DNA of 64,000 bases, from the NCBI GenBank assembly GCA_963776345.1, contig CAVZMH010000016.1:320001-384000 (forward strand), read 5' to 3'. The DNA comes from an uncultured delta proteobacterium. Lineage in GTDB: Bacteria; Myxococcota; Myxococcia; Myxococcales; Myxococcaceae. The position numbers and the translations under genes are program-made. Shown here piece by piece: positions 28,219-37,536 of this stretch. Each line of letters opens with the position of its first letter. The first letter of the stretch is position 1. Under the pieces are notes generated by a model. It ran no database searches. It was not told the DNA's origin and was given only the letters and a program-made list of their open reading frames with translations.

Positions 28219-29985
28219 AGGTGCTCGAGCTGCCGCAGCGTCCCCAGCCGGTCGAGGAGGCCGACGCCGCCCCTGCCGCCCGCGCCTCAGGTGGGCAACA
28301 AGATGCGCGGGGGGCTGCGCCGCGTCGCCGACGAGTTCCTCGACCGGGTGGACCCGGTGGGCTTCGGGCGGGCGCTCGGCACCGAGGCGGCCGGGCTGGT
28401 CCGCCATCCGCTCTCCACCGCCAGGGCGCTGGCCCACTGGTCGAACGGGGCGCTCGTCGCCGCCGCGGTGAGCGCCGCCCGGGCCGTGGGCGCCACCCCC
28501 GCGGGTCCGATGCCCGTGCCGGAGAAGGACCGGCGCTTCGGCGACCGGACCTGGTCGGAGAACGCCCTGTTCTTCTGGCTGCTCCAGCAGCACCTGCTCC
28601 GGGAGCAGCTGGCCCGCGAGCTGCTCGAGGCCGCCGACCTCGACGAGGTCACCTTCCGGAAGGCGCGGCTGGCGAGCCAGCTCGTCGTGGATGCGCTCGC
28701 CCCCACCAACTTCTTCCTCACCAACCCGGTCGCGCTCCGCCGGGCCTTCGAGAGCGGCGGGCTGAGCGCCGCGCGCGGTCTCCGGATGTGGATGGACGAC
28801 GTCCGGACCCGCCAGGGCTGGCCCCGGCTGGTGAATCGTTCGGGGTTCGTGGTGGGGAAGAACCTCGCCTCCACACCGGGCAAGGTCGTCTACCGCAACC
28901 GGGTGATGGAGCTCATCCAGTACGCGCCCCAGACCGACACCACCTTCTCGGTCCCGCTGCTCTGCAGCCCGCCCTTCATCAACAAGTACTACATCATGGA
29001 CCTGGCCCCCGGCCGGAGCTTCGTCGAGTGGGCGGTGAAGAACGGGCACACCACGTTCTGCATGAGCTACCGGAACCCCGACGTGAGCCTCCGCGACGTC
29101 GGCTTCGGGGACTACCTGATCGAGGGCCCGCTGGAGGCGCTCCGGGTGGTGAAGGAGATCACCGGCGAGCCGAAGGTCAACGTGGCCGCGCTCTGCGTCG
29201 GCGGAACGCTGGCCACGATGCTCGCCGCCTACCTCGAGGCCACCGGCGACAGGTCACTCAACTCGCTGACCCTGATGAACACCCTGGTGGACTTCAGCGA
29301 GCCCGGGCTCCTGGGGGCCTACACAGACCGGCCCACCATCGAGCGCCTGCTCCGGCGGGTCCAGCGGCAGGGGCTGCTCGAGTCGCACGAGATGGCCCGC
29401 ACCTTCAACCTGCTCCGGCCCAACGACCTGTACTTCAACTACTTCGGGTCGGCCTGGATGATGGGCGAGGAGGCACCGGGGTTCGACCTCCTGGCCTGGA
29501 ACGACGACGGGACGCGCATCCCGGCCCGCCTCCTCTCGGAGTACCTGCGGGGCTGTTACCTGGACAACGCGCTCGCCCGGGACGAGATGACCGTCCGGGG
29601 CCAGCGGCTGCGGCTCTCCGCGATCGAGCAGGACACCTTCATCGTCGGGGCGGTGGAGGACCACATCACCCCGTGGCGGTCCGCCTTCCGGACGGCGAGC
29701 CTGTTCGGGGGCAAGGTCCAGTTCGTGCTCAGCAGCTCTGGACACATCGCCGGCGTGGTGAACCCGCCCAGCAAGAACGCAGCCTACTGGCTGCACGAGC
29801 ACCTGCACGACACGCCCGAGGAATGGCAGGTGGCTTCCACCCGACACTCCGACACCTGGTGGCACGTCTGGGCCCGCTGGATCCAGACCCGGGCCGGGGA
29901 GCGCAGGCCTCCGCCGGCGATGATCGGGAGCGACGACCATCCGCCCCTGGCGGACGCCCCCGGGCTGTACGTCACCGAGCAGTGA
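28215..29985 (+). CDS. phaC: PHA synthase; coupled ATG at 28215 requires a +1 shift near 28310, otherwise start at ~28291/28303
   Basis: [46 protein letters not shown], lipase box ALCVGG, EDHITPW, SGHIAG. Confidence 0.93.
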
Positions 29986-30084
29986 GCCTGGGCGGCGCCC
30001 GGGCCAATCCCGGACGCATTGCGCTCGACGCGGACGACGCGGCGTGTCTTGCTGTGCCTTCAACCGTTTTCTAGGTCAGCGCAC

Positions 30085-30859
30085 ATGCTCGATTCAGCGC
30101 GTCACGCCGGTGAGCCGCTCCTCGAGACCCAGGGACTCACCAAGGAATTCCGTGGCTTCGTCGCGGTGAAGAACGTCAGCCTCACCGTGCGCACCGGGAC
30201 GATTCACGCGCTGATCGGCCCGAACGGCGCAGGCAAGACCACCTGCTTCAATCTGCTCACCAAGTTCCTCACCCCCTCCGCCGGGACCATCAAGTTCAAG
30301 GGCGAGAACATCACCACCGACCGCCCGGCCGACGTGGCCCGCCGGGGCGTGGTGCGCTCGTTCCAGATCTCCGCGGTGTTCCCGCACCTCACCGTGCTGG
30401 AGAACATCCGGGTGGCGCTGCAGCGGAAGCGCGGCCAGTCCTTCGACTTCTGGCGCTCGGAGCGCGCTCTTCGAGAATCTGGAGCCGCGGACGCTCGAGC
30501 TGGCCGAGGCGGTGGGCCTCCAGGACTTCCTGGACGTGCTGGCGGTGGAGCTGTCCTACGGGCGAAAGCGCGCCCTGGAGATCGCCACCACGCTGGCGCT
30601 GGACCCCGAGCTGCTGCTGCTCGACGAGCCCACCGCCGGGATGGGCCACGAGGACGTGGACCGGATCGCCACCCTCATCCAGCGGGTGGGCGCCAGCCGC
30701 ACCGTGCTGATGGTGGAGCACAACCTGAAGGTCGTCGCCAACCTCTCTCAGACCATCACCGTGCTCGCCCGGGGCGAGGTGCTGGCCGAGGGCGACTACG
30801 CGGCGGTGTCGAAGAACAGGGACGTGGTGCAGGCCTACATGGGGGCCGACCATGCCTGA
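30085..30859 (+). CDS. Liv-type ABC ATP-binding protein (LivG-like); +1 frameshift near 30469
   Basis: GPNGAGKTT..VRSFQISAVF in one frame, LSYGRKRALEIA..LLDEPTAG..VQAYMG in the next. Confidence 0.88.
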
Positions 30860-31595
30860 GCCGGCGACCGCCGCCCCGGCGCCCGAGGCGGCCACCCGCG
30901 CGCTCCTGCACGTCGAGGGGCTCCAGGCCTGGTACGGCGAGTCCCACATCCTCCACGGCGTGACGCTCGAGGTCCGCCCCGGCGAGCTGGTGACCTTGCT
31001 GGGCAGGAACGGCGCGGGGAAGACCACCACCCTCCGCTCGCTGATGGGCATGGTGCCGCGCCGGGAGGGGTCGGTGGTGCTCGACGGCAAGGAGACCATC
31101 CGTTTCCCGCCGCACCGCATCGCCCGGCTGGGGATGGCCATCTGCCCGGAGGAGCGGGGCATCTTCGCCAGCCTGAACGTCGAGGAAAATCTCCTGTTGC
31201 CCCCCCAGATTCGTGCCGGGGGCATGCCGGTGAGCGCGGTCCTGGAGCTCTTCCCCAACCTCCAGGAGCGGATGGCCAGCCAGGGGACGAAGCTGTCCGG
31301 CGGCGAACAGCAGATGCTGGCCATCGGGCGCATCCTCCGCACCGGGGCGCGCCTGCTCCTGCTGGACGAGCCCACCGAGGGCCTGGCGCCGGTCATCGTG
31401 CAGCAGATTGGCGCCACCATCCACCGGCTGAAGGCGGAGGGGTTCACCATCTTGCTGGTGGAGCAGAACCTCAGGTTCGCCGCGTCCATCGCCGACCGTC
31501 ATTACGTGATGGACCGCGGCCGCGTGGTGGACGAGATTCCCGCCGAACGTTTCCAGTCGAGCATGCCCCAGCTGCAGACGTATCTCGGTGTCTAG
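30852..31595 (+). CDS. Liv-type ABC ATP-binding protein (LivF-like)
   Basis: GRNGAGKTT, LSGGEQQM, LLDEPTEGLAP. Confidence 0.92.
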   Translation: MPEPATAAPAPEAATRALLHVEGLQAWYGESHILHGVTLEVRPGELVTLLGRNGAGKTTTLRSLMGMVPRREGSVVLDGKETIRFPPHRIARLGMAICPEERGIFASLNVEENLLLPPQIRAGGMPVSAVLELFPNLQERMASQGTKLSGGEQQMLAIGRILRTGARLLLLDEPTEGLAPVIVQQIGATIHRLKAEGFTILLVEQNLRFAASIADRHYVMDRGRVVDEIPAERFQSSMPQLQTYLGV

Positions 31596-31629
31596 CCTTC
31601 CTTCCGCACCTCTCCAGGAGCACCTCTCC

Positions 31630-32851
31630 ATGCGAATCGCTTCACGGCTTCTCGCCCTCGCCCTCCCCTGTCTGCTGCCGCTCAGCGCGGCGGCGGAGAT
31701 GACCGACAACGTCATCAAGATCGGCGTCCTCAACGACATGTCCGGCCTCTACGCCGACCTCGGCGGTCAGGGCTCGGTCGAGGCGGCGAAGATGGCCGCC
31801 GAGGAGTTCGGCGGGAAGATCGGCAACGCGAAGATCGAGATCGTCTTCGCCGACCATCAGAACAAGCCGGACGTCGGCTCGGGCATCGCCACCAAGTGGT
31901 ACGACGTGGACCACGTGGACGCGATCGTCGACGTGCCGAATTCGGGCGTGGCGCTGGCCATCGCCAAGATCACCGCGGACAAGAACAAGGTGTTCATCGA
32001 CTCGGGCGCGGCGACCTCGGACCTCACCGGGAAGGCCTGCACGCCGAACACCGTCCACTGGACGTACGACACCTGGGCGCTGGCCAACGGCACCGGCAAG
32101 GCCGTGGTCCAGGCCGGAGGCGATACCTGGTATCTTCCTCACCGCCGACTACGCCTTCGGCAAGGCGCTGGAGCGCGACACCCGGGCGGTGGTCGAGGCC
32201 AACGGCGGCAAGGTGCTCGGCTCGGTGCTCCACCCCCTGAACACCACCGACTTCTCGTCGTTCCTCCTCCAGGCCCAGGCCTCGAAGGCGAAGATCATCG
32301 GGCTGGCCAATGCCGGTGGAGACACCATCAACTCGATCAAGGCCGCCTCCGAGTTCGGCATCGTCCAGGGCGGGCAGAAGCTGGCGGGTCTCCTGGTCTT
32401 CCTCAGCGACATCCACGCGCTCGGGCTGAAGACGGCCAACGGCCTGCAGCTGACCTCTGCCTTCTACTGGGACCACGATGACCTGACGCGGGCCTGGTCG
32501 AAGAAGTGGGGTGCGCGGATGAACGGCCGGATGCCCACCATGGTCCAGGCCGGCGTCTACGCGGGCGTGCTCCACTACCTGAAGGCACTCAAGGCCCTGG
32601 GCGCGGACGGTGACGGAAAGGCGGTGGTGGCGAAGATGAAGGCCCTTCCCACCGACGACCCGGCCTTTGGCAAGGGCACCATCCGCGCCGACGGCCGGAA
32701 GCTCCACCCGGTGTACCTCTACGAGGTGAAGAAGCCGTCCGAGTCCAAGGGGCCGTGGGACTACTACAAGCTGATCAAGGAGATCCCCACCGCCCAGGCG
32801 TTTCGTCCGCTCGACCAGGGCGAGTGCCCGCTGGTCGCCGCCAAGAAGTGA
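31630..32851 (+). CDS. Liv-type ABC substrate-binding protein; +1 frameshift near 32133
   Basis: Signal peptide, IKIGVLNDMSGLYAD, ADHQNKPD, HWTYDT, then DFSSFLLQAQAS, GTIRADGRK. Confidence 0.88.
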
Positions 32852-32870
32852 GGCGCGCTCCGCCCGGCCG

Positions 32871-33758
32871 ATGAACACCCTCTTCGGCGTTCCCATCCAG
32901 GCGCTGTTCAGCCAGCTCCTGGTGGGGCTGATCAACGGCTCGTTCTACGCGCTGCTCAGCCTCGGCTTGGCGATCATCTTCGGGCTGCTCAACGTCATCA
33001 ACTTCTGCCACGGCGCCCTCTACATGCTGGGGGCGCTGGTGGCGTGGGTGATGCTCGAGCACCTCGGGGTGGGCTACTGGGCGGCGCTGATCATCTCGCC
33101 GATCGTGGTGGGGCTGTTCGGCGTGGTGATCGAGCGGACCATGCTCAAGCGGATCCAGGGGCTGGATCCGCTGTACGGCCTGCTCCTCACCTTCGGCCTC
33201 GCCCTGGTGATCCAGGGCGTCGCCCGGAACTACTTCGGGGTCTCCGGCGAGCCGTACGACATCCCGGCGCAGCTCACCGGGGGCAAGAACCTGGGGTTCA
33301 TGTTCCTCCCCAACTACCGGGCCTGGGTGGTGCTGGTGTCGGTGCTGATCTGCACGCTGACCTGGTTCGTCACCGAGCGCACGCGGATCGGGTCGTACCT
33401 CCGCGCCGCGACGGAGAACCCGGTGCTGGTCCAGGCGTTCGGGATCAACGTGCCGCGGCTGATCACCATCACCTACGGGCTGGGGGTGGCGCTCGCCGCG
33501 CTGGCCGGGGTGATGGCCGCGCCCATCTACCGGGTCAATCCGTTGATGGGCGCCGACCTGATCATCGTGGTGTTCGCGGTGGTGGTCATCGGTGGGATGG
33601 GCTCCATCCTCGGCTCCATCGTCACCGGCTTCGGGCTGGGGGTCATCGAGGGCCTGACCAAGGTCTTCTACCCGGAGGCCTCGACCACGGTGGTGTTCGT
33701 GATCATGGCCATCGTGCTCCTGGTGAAGCCCGCCGGCCTCTTCGGGAGGACGGCATGA
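32871..33758 (+). CDS. Liv-type ABC permease (LivH-like)
   Basis: GLINGSFYALLSLGLAIIFG..INFCHG, VVVIGGMGS, KPAGLFG. Confidence 0.92.
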   Translation: MNTLFGVPIQALFSQLLVGLINGSFYALLSLGLAIIFGLLNVINFCHGALYMLGALVAWVMLEHLGVGYWAALIISPIVVGLFGVVIERTMLKRIQGLDPLYGLLLTFGLALVIQGVARNYFGVSGEPYDIPAQLTGGKNLGFMFLPNYRAWVVLVSVLICTLTWFVTERTRIGSYLRAATENPVLVQAFGINVPRLITITYGLGVALAALAGVMAAPIYRVNPLMGADLIIVVFAVVVIGGMGSILGSIVTGFGLGVIEGLTKVFYPEASTTVVFVIMAIVLLVKPAGLFGRTA

Positions 33759-34744
33759 CCGTTCCCGGGGTCGAGGCGGGGACCGGCGCCGAGCTGCCGG
33801 GCCGGGCGCCGACGCGCGACGAGGTGCGCTCGCTGCGCATCCCGATGGCGATCCTGGTCGGGCTGGCCGTGGCGGCGCCGTTCGTCGTCTACCCCGTCTT
33901 CCTGATGAAGATGCTGTGCTTCGCGCTCTTCGCCTGCGCGTTCAACCTCCTCATCGGGTACGTGGGGCTGCTCTCGTTCGGGCACGCGTTGTTCTTCGGC
34001 GCGGCGGGCTACCTCGCGGCCCACGCGGCCAAGGTGTGGGGACTTCCCTTCGAGCTGGCGGTGCTCACCGGGACGGCGACCGGGGCGCTGCTCGGGCTCG
34101 TCGTCGGGTGGCTCGCCATCCGGCGCCAGGGGATCTACTTCGCGATGATCACCCTGGCCCTGGCGCAGATGTTCTACTTCTTCTGCCTCCGGGCGCCGTT
34201 CACCGGCGGCGAGGACGGCATCCAGGCGGTGCCGCGCGGCAAGCTGCTCGGCGTCCTCTCGCTGGACGACAACCTGAGGATGTACTTCGTCGTCCTGGCG
34301 ATCTTTCTCTTCGGCTTCTTCTTCGTCTTCCGGGTCGTCCACTCGCCGTTCGGGCAGGTGCTGAAGGCGGTGCGCGAGAACGAGGCCCGCGCGGTGTCGC
34401 TCGGCTACAAGTCCGACCAGTACAAGCTCATCGCCTTCGTGCTCTCGGCGGCGCTCTCCGGGCTCGCGGGCGGCACCAAATCCATCGTTTTCCAGCTGGC
34501 CTCGCTCACCGACGTGCACTGGAGCACCTCGGGCGAGGTGATCCTCATGGTGCTGCTCGGAGGGCTGGGGACCGTCTTCGGGCCCATCGTCGGAGCGGTG
34601 GTGATCGTCTGTGTGGAGAGCTACCTCGCCCAGCTCGGCGGGTGGGTGACGGTGGTCCAGGGCGCGCTGTTCGTGGTGTGCGTGCTCGCCTTCCGCCGGG
34701 GCATCATCGGCGAGCTGTCGCGCGTGCTGCGCCGTCCGCTCTGA
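33755..34744 (+). CDS. Liv-type ABC permease (LivM-like)
   Basis: FNLLIGYVGLLSFGHA, GIYFAMITLALAQ, TGGEDG, SPFGQVLKAVRENE. Confidence 0.92.
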   Translation: MTVPGVEAGTGAELPGRAPTRDEVRSLRIPMAILVGLAVAAPFVVYPVFLMKMLCFALFACAFNLLIGYVGLLSFGHALFFGAAGYLAAHAAKVWGLPFELAVLTGTATGALLGLVVGWLAIRRQGIYFAMITLALAQMFYFFCLRAPFTGGEDGIQAVPRGKLLGVLSLDDNLRMYFVVLAIFLFGFFFVFRVVHSPFGQVLKAVRENEARAVSLGYKSDQYKLIAFVLSAALSGLAGGTKSIVFQLASLTDVHWSTSGEVILMVLLGGLGTVFGPIVGAVVIVCVESYLAQLGGWVTVVQGALFVVCVLAFRRGIIGELSRVLRRPL

Positions 34745-34881
34745 CGGGTCCAGCGGTGCTCGCGGGCCCCGCACTCCTCGCTCGCCCAGACGAGCCCGAC
34801 CCACGCCGCGTGCGCGTTGTTGCCCCCGCTGCGACGCACCGCGGACTGCGAGGTCACAACACGGCGTTGCGGCTGCGCTGC

Positions 34882-34914
34882 TTCCAGGCACTTGAACCCG
34901 GCATCGACGCTGCA
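34882..34914 (+). promoter_or_regulatory. Sigma-54-type promoter (GG-N10-GC) with upstream TTCCAGGCACTTG box, copy A
   Basis: GGCATCGACGCTGCA: GG 34900-34901, GC 34912-34913; conserved in copy B. Confidence 0.6.
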
Positions 34915-34972
34915 GTCCCTCGCGGCAACGGCGACCGGAATGAATCGGTGCCGGACGGAGGAACAGCGCGAC

Positions 34973-35203
34973 ATGAGTACCGAGAGCAATGGCCGGACGT
35001 GGGTGCGGAACGTGGCGGCAGGTTTCCTGTTCGTGACCGGGCTCGTCACCCTGGCGGTGGCGGGGAATCATCCTTCGCCGAGGGCGGCGGCCCACGCTGC
35101 CACCCAGTGGGTGCCCTCGTCGATGCACGTGGCGGAAGCGGGCGTGGACGTCGGGCCGGGGTCGGACGAGGCGCTTCTGGTGAGCTCGCCGGAAGCCCGC
35201 TAG
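34973..35203 (+). CDS. Small hypothetical exported/membrane-anchored protein, paralog A (76 aa)
   Basis: GGAGGA RBS, hydrophobic N-terminal segment, C-terminal HVAEAGVDVGPGSDEALL shared with paralog B. Confidence 0.75.
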   Translation: MSTESNGRTWVRNVAAGFLFVTGLVTLAVAGNHPSPRAAAHAATQWVPSSMHVAEAGVDVGPGSDEALLVSSPEAR

Positions 35204-35498
35204 CCCAGATCTGAAGAGCATCGAGCGGGGGACCCGACGGAACAGCCGCCGGGCCCCCCGCAGATGCGATGGCCCTGCGCCGGTGGGGTGAGAAGCCCTC
35301 CCGCGGGGACTCGCCGCGCTCTTTCCGCGCTGGCAGACGCTCGGCACGGAGCGCGCCCGCGTCCCCAGAGCGCACCGGCTCTCCGACCTCTCCTCACTGC
35401 TGACCAGCTCCCCCCTCCTTTGGTCCGGTGCAGCCCACGCCACAGCGCGCGCGCGCTGTAGACGCCGAGGTCACCGAACTCTGTTGAAAGAAGAGTGA

Positions 35499-35531
35499 TT
35501 CCAGGCACTTGGACCAGGCACCAGAGCTGCA
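35499..35531 (+). promoter_or_regulatory. Sigma-54-type promoter (GG-N10-GC) with upstream TTCCAGGCACTTG box, copy B
   Basis: GGCACCAGAGCTGCA: GG 35517-35518, GC 35529-35530. Confidence 0.65.
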
Positions 35532-35588
35532 ATCTCCTTCGGGCGTCGGCGGCCGGAAGGAACCGGCGCCCCCTGGAGGAGCAAAACC

Positions 35589-35840
35589 ATGATGACCGAG
35601 TTCGAGAAGACCGAGGGCAGCAACTGGATGCGGGTGCGGAGTGTGGCGGCTGGTTTCCTCTGCGTGATGGGCCTCCCCGTCGCTCTCGCCCTCGCGGATG
35701 TCCGGCCTCCGGCGACCGCCGCGGCCCCCGCGTCGATCACCGAGTCCGCTCCCGAGTCGATCCACGTGGCCCAGGCGGGGTCGGACGTCGGGCCGGGCTC
35801 GGATGAGGCCCTCCTGGCGATGTCGCCGGTCAGCCGCTAG
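35589..35840 (+). CDS. Small hypothetical exported/membrane-anchored protein, paralog B (83 aa)
   Basis: GGAGGAG RBS, VRSVAAGFL hydrophobic segment, HVAQAGSDVGPGSDEALL. Confidence 0.75.
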   Translation: MMTEFEKTEGSNWMRVRSVAAGFLCVMGLPVALALADVRPPATAAAPASITESAPESIHVAQAGSDVGPGSDEALLAMSPVSR

Positions 35841-35868
35841 GCGGAAGACTTCGGGGGGTTGAAAGGCG

Positions 35869-35905
35869 GGGCCGGGGACGTGCACGACGCGTCCCCGGCC
35901 CTGTT
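35869..35905 (+). terminator. Hairpin downstream of paralog B
   Basis: gggccggggacg / cgtccccggccc stem; weak U-tract. Confidence 0.5.
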
Positions 35906-36033
35906 ATCGTGCGGGGCCTTCTGGGCGACGCAGGGACGCAAGGGTTGCGTCGGGCTCGCGCTGAAGTGTCCGGAATCAGGGTCGATCTGGATGGGAACGC
36001 CCGATGCTTGCCTCAAGGCGTGGAGGGGTACCC

Positions 36034-37460
36034 ATGCCACGATCGATCTCCCGGGCCGTTGCCGCCCTGTGCCTCGGACTCCTCGCGTGCGGAGGGGGCG
36101 GCAACGAGGGCCCCAAGACCGTCGTCCTCACCGGCACCGTCGCCGGAACCACGGTCGTCGCCTATGACGAGACGGGGGCCCGGACCTCCGCGGTGGCCAC
36201 CGGCAGCACGGTCCCGAAGAGCTTCTCGCTCACCCTCGCCACGGGCCACACCTACGCCGTCTACCTGGTGGAAAACGAGGGGACGGCGAGCCAGCGCGTC
36301 TATCCGCTCTACGCCGACGCCTCCCCGACCGCCGCCAACCTCCTGAAGCTCAGCGAGCCGGGGACCATCGACCTCGGCTTCGTCGACACCAGCTCGGGGA
36401 ACGCCGTTCCGTCGAAGAACCCGGTGTACGCCAACGGGGTCTCGGGGACCCGGAGCTCCACCACCATTCCGGCCGACCTGGCCGCGACGAGCACCGTCTT
36501 CGGGCCGGCAGACCTCGTGGGCCGGTGGGCCCTGCACGCGATCATGGTCACGCCGTCGACGGTGGAGTGGGTCCGCGCGACGCTCGACGTGGGGACGGAC
36601 AGCTTCGCCTCCTTCGCTGCAGTGGAGGCGAGCATCCCGATCTCTACCCCGCCCGCGGTGCTCCTCACCTTGACGCCCGGTGGCGTGCTCCAGATGGCGG
36701 ACAGCGACTTCCGGGGAGCGATGGCAGGCAGCAAGAACCTCGTGGTCTGGACCGCGACCTTCGAGACCCTGGGCCAGGCGATGGGGATCCTGGTCAGGCA
36801 ATCCAGTGGACGCACCGGGAGCGAGCTGGTCGGCACCTTCAACTTCCACCGCTTCAAGGGCATCGGCAGCTCCGAGAGCCCGACCGGGCGCGGGAGCTGG
36901 GCCCGGGGCAAGCTCACCATCGATCGCAGGGCTCGCAGTCTCGGTGGTGACGGGAACGTTCCAGAGCAGCGACCCGGCGCATGACACCTCCGACGGGCTG
37001 AGCGGGGTCGCCTCCGTGGCCAGCGATGGAACGGTCAGCCTGTCCGGCAACCCGTCCTTCCGGGGAACGCTCTCTTCCGACGGCAACACGCTCGTGGCAA
37101 CGGCGACCGACGGCGGGGAGCGCGCGCTGCTGGTCCTCCAGCGCGCCTCCTCCGGCTTCACGACCGGCACGCTCGATGGCACCTGGAGCCTCCGGGAGCT
37201 CGAGTACCAGCCCGACTCCATCGCTCAGTGGAGCCACGGCAAGGCGAGCATCGCCTCCGGCGTCGCCACGCTGATCGAGCTCGCGCCCGACTCGGGGAGC
37301 AGCGATCCGGTCCCGGTGGCGGTCAGCGCCGACGGAGTCGTCACCCTCACCGGAGACACGACCTTCCAGGGGACGCTCTCGCCCGGGCGGGCGCCTGCTG
37401 GTGGGCACCACCAGCGTGGACTCGGGCGCGACGACGCAGATGGTGGTGCTGGTCAAGTAG
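36034..37460 (+). CDS. Lipoprotein with three tandem beta-rich repeats; +1 frameshifts near 36925 and 37390
   Basis: Lipobox LLAC-GGGG; three units of L.G.W/F...W......F(R/Q)G.(L/M)...LV.T; ends QMVVLVK*. Confidence 0.75.
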
Positions 37461-37536
37461 GGGCGAGCACCTCCCGGGCGCAGGGCTGCTCGACGGCGGC
37501 TTCGCCCCCGTCTCCATCGGCCCAGAAGTGAGCTGA

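Noticed and set aside
28300..28320. Phase variation or programmed frameshift at the G6 run in phaC
   Set aside because: The run is short, an alternative in-frame start exists, and the window has many similar +1 errors
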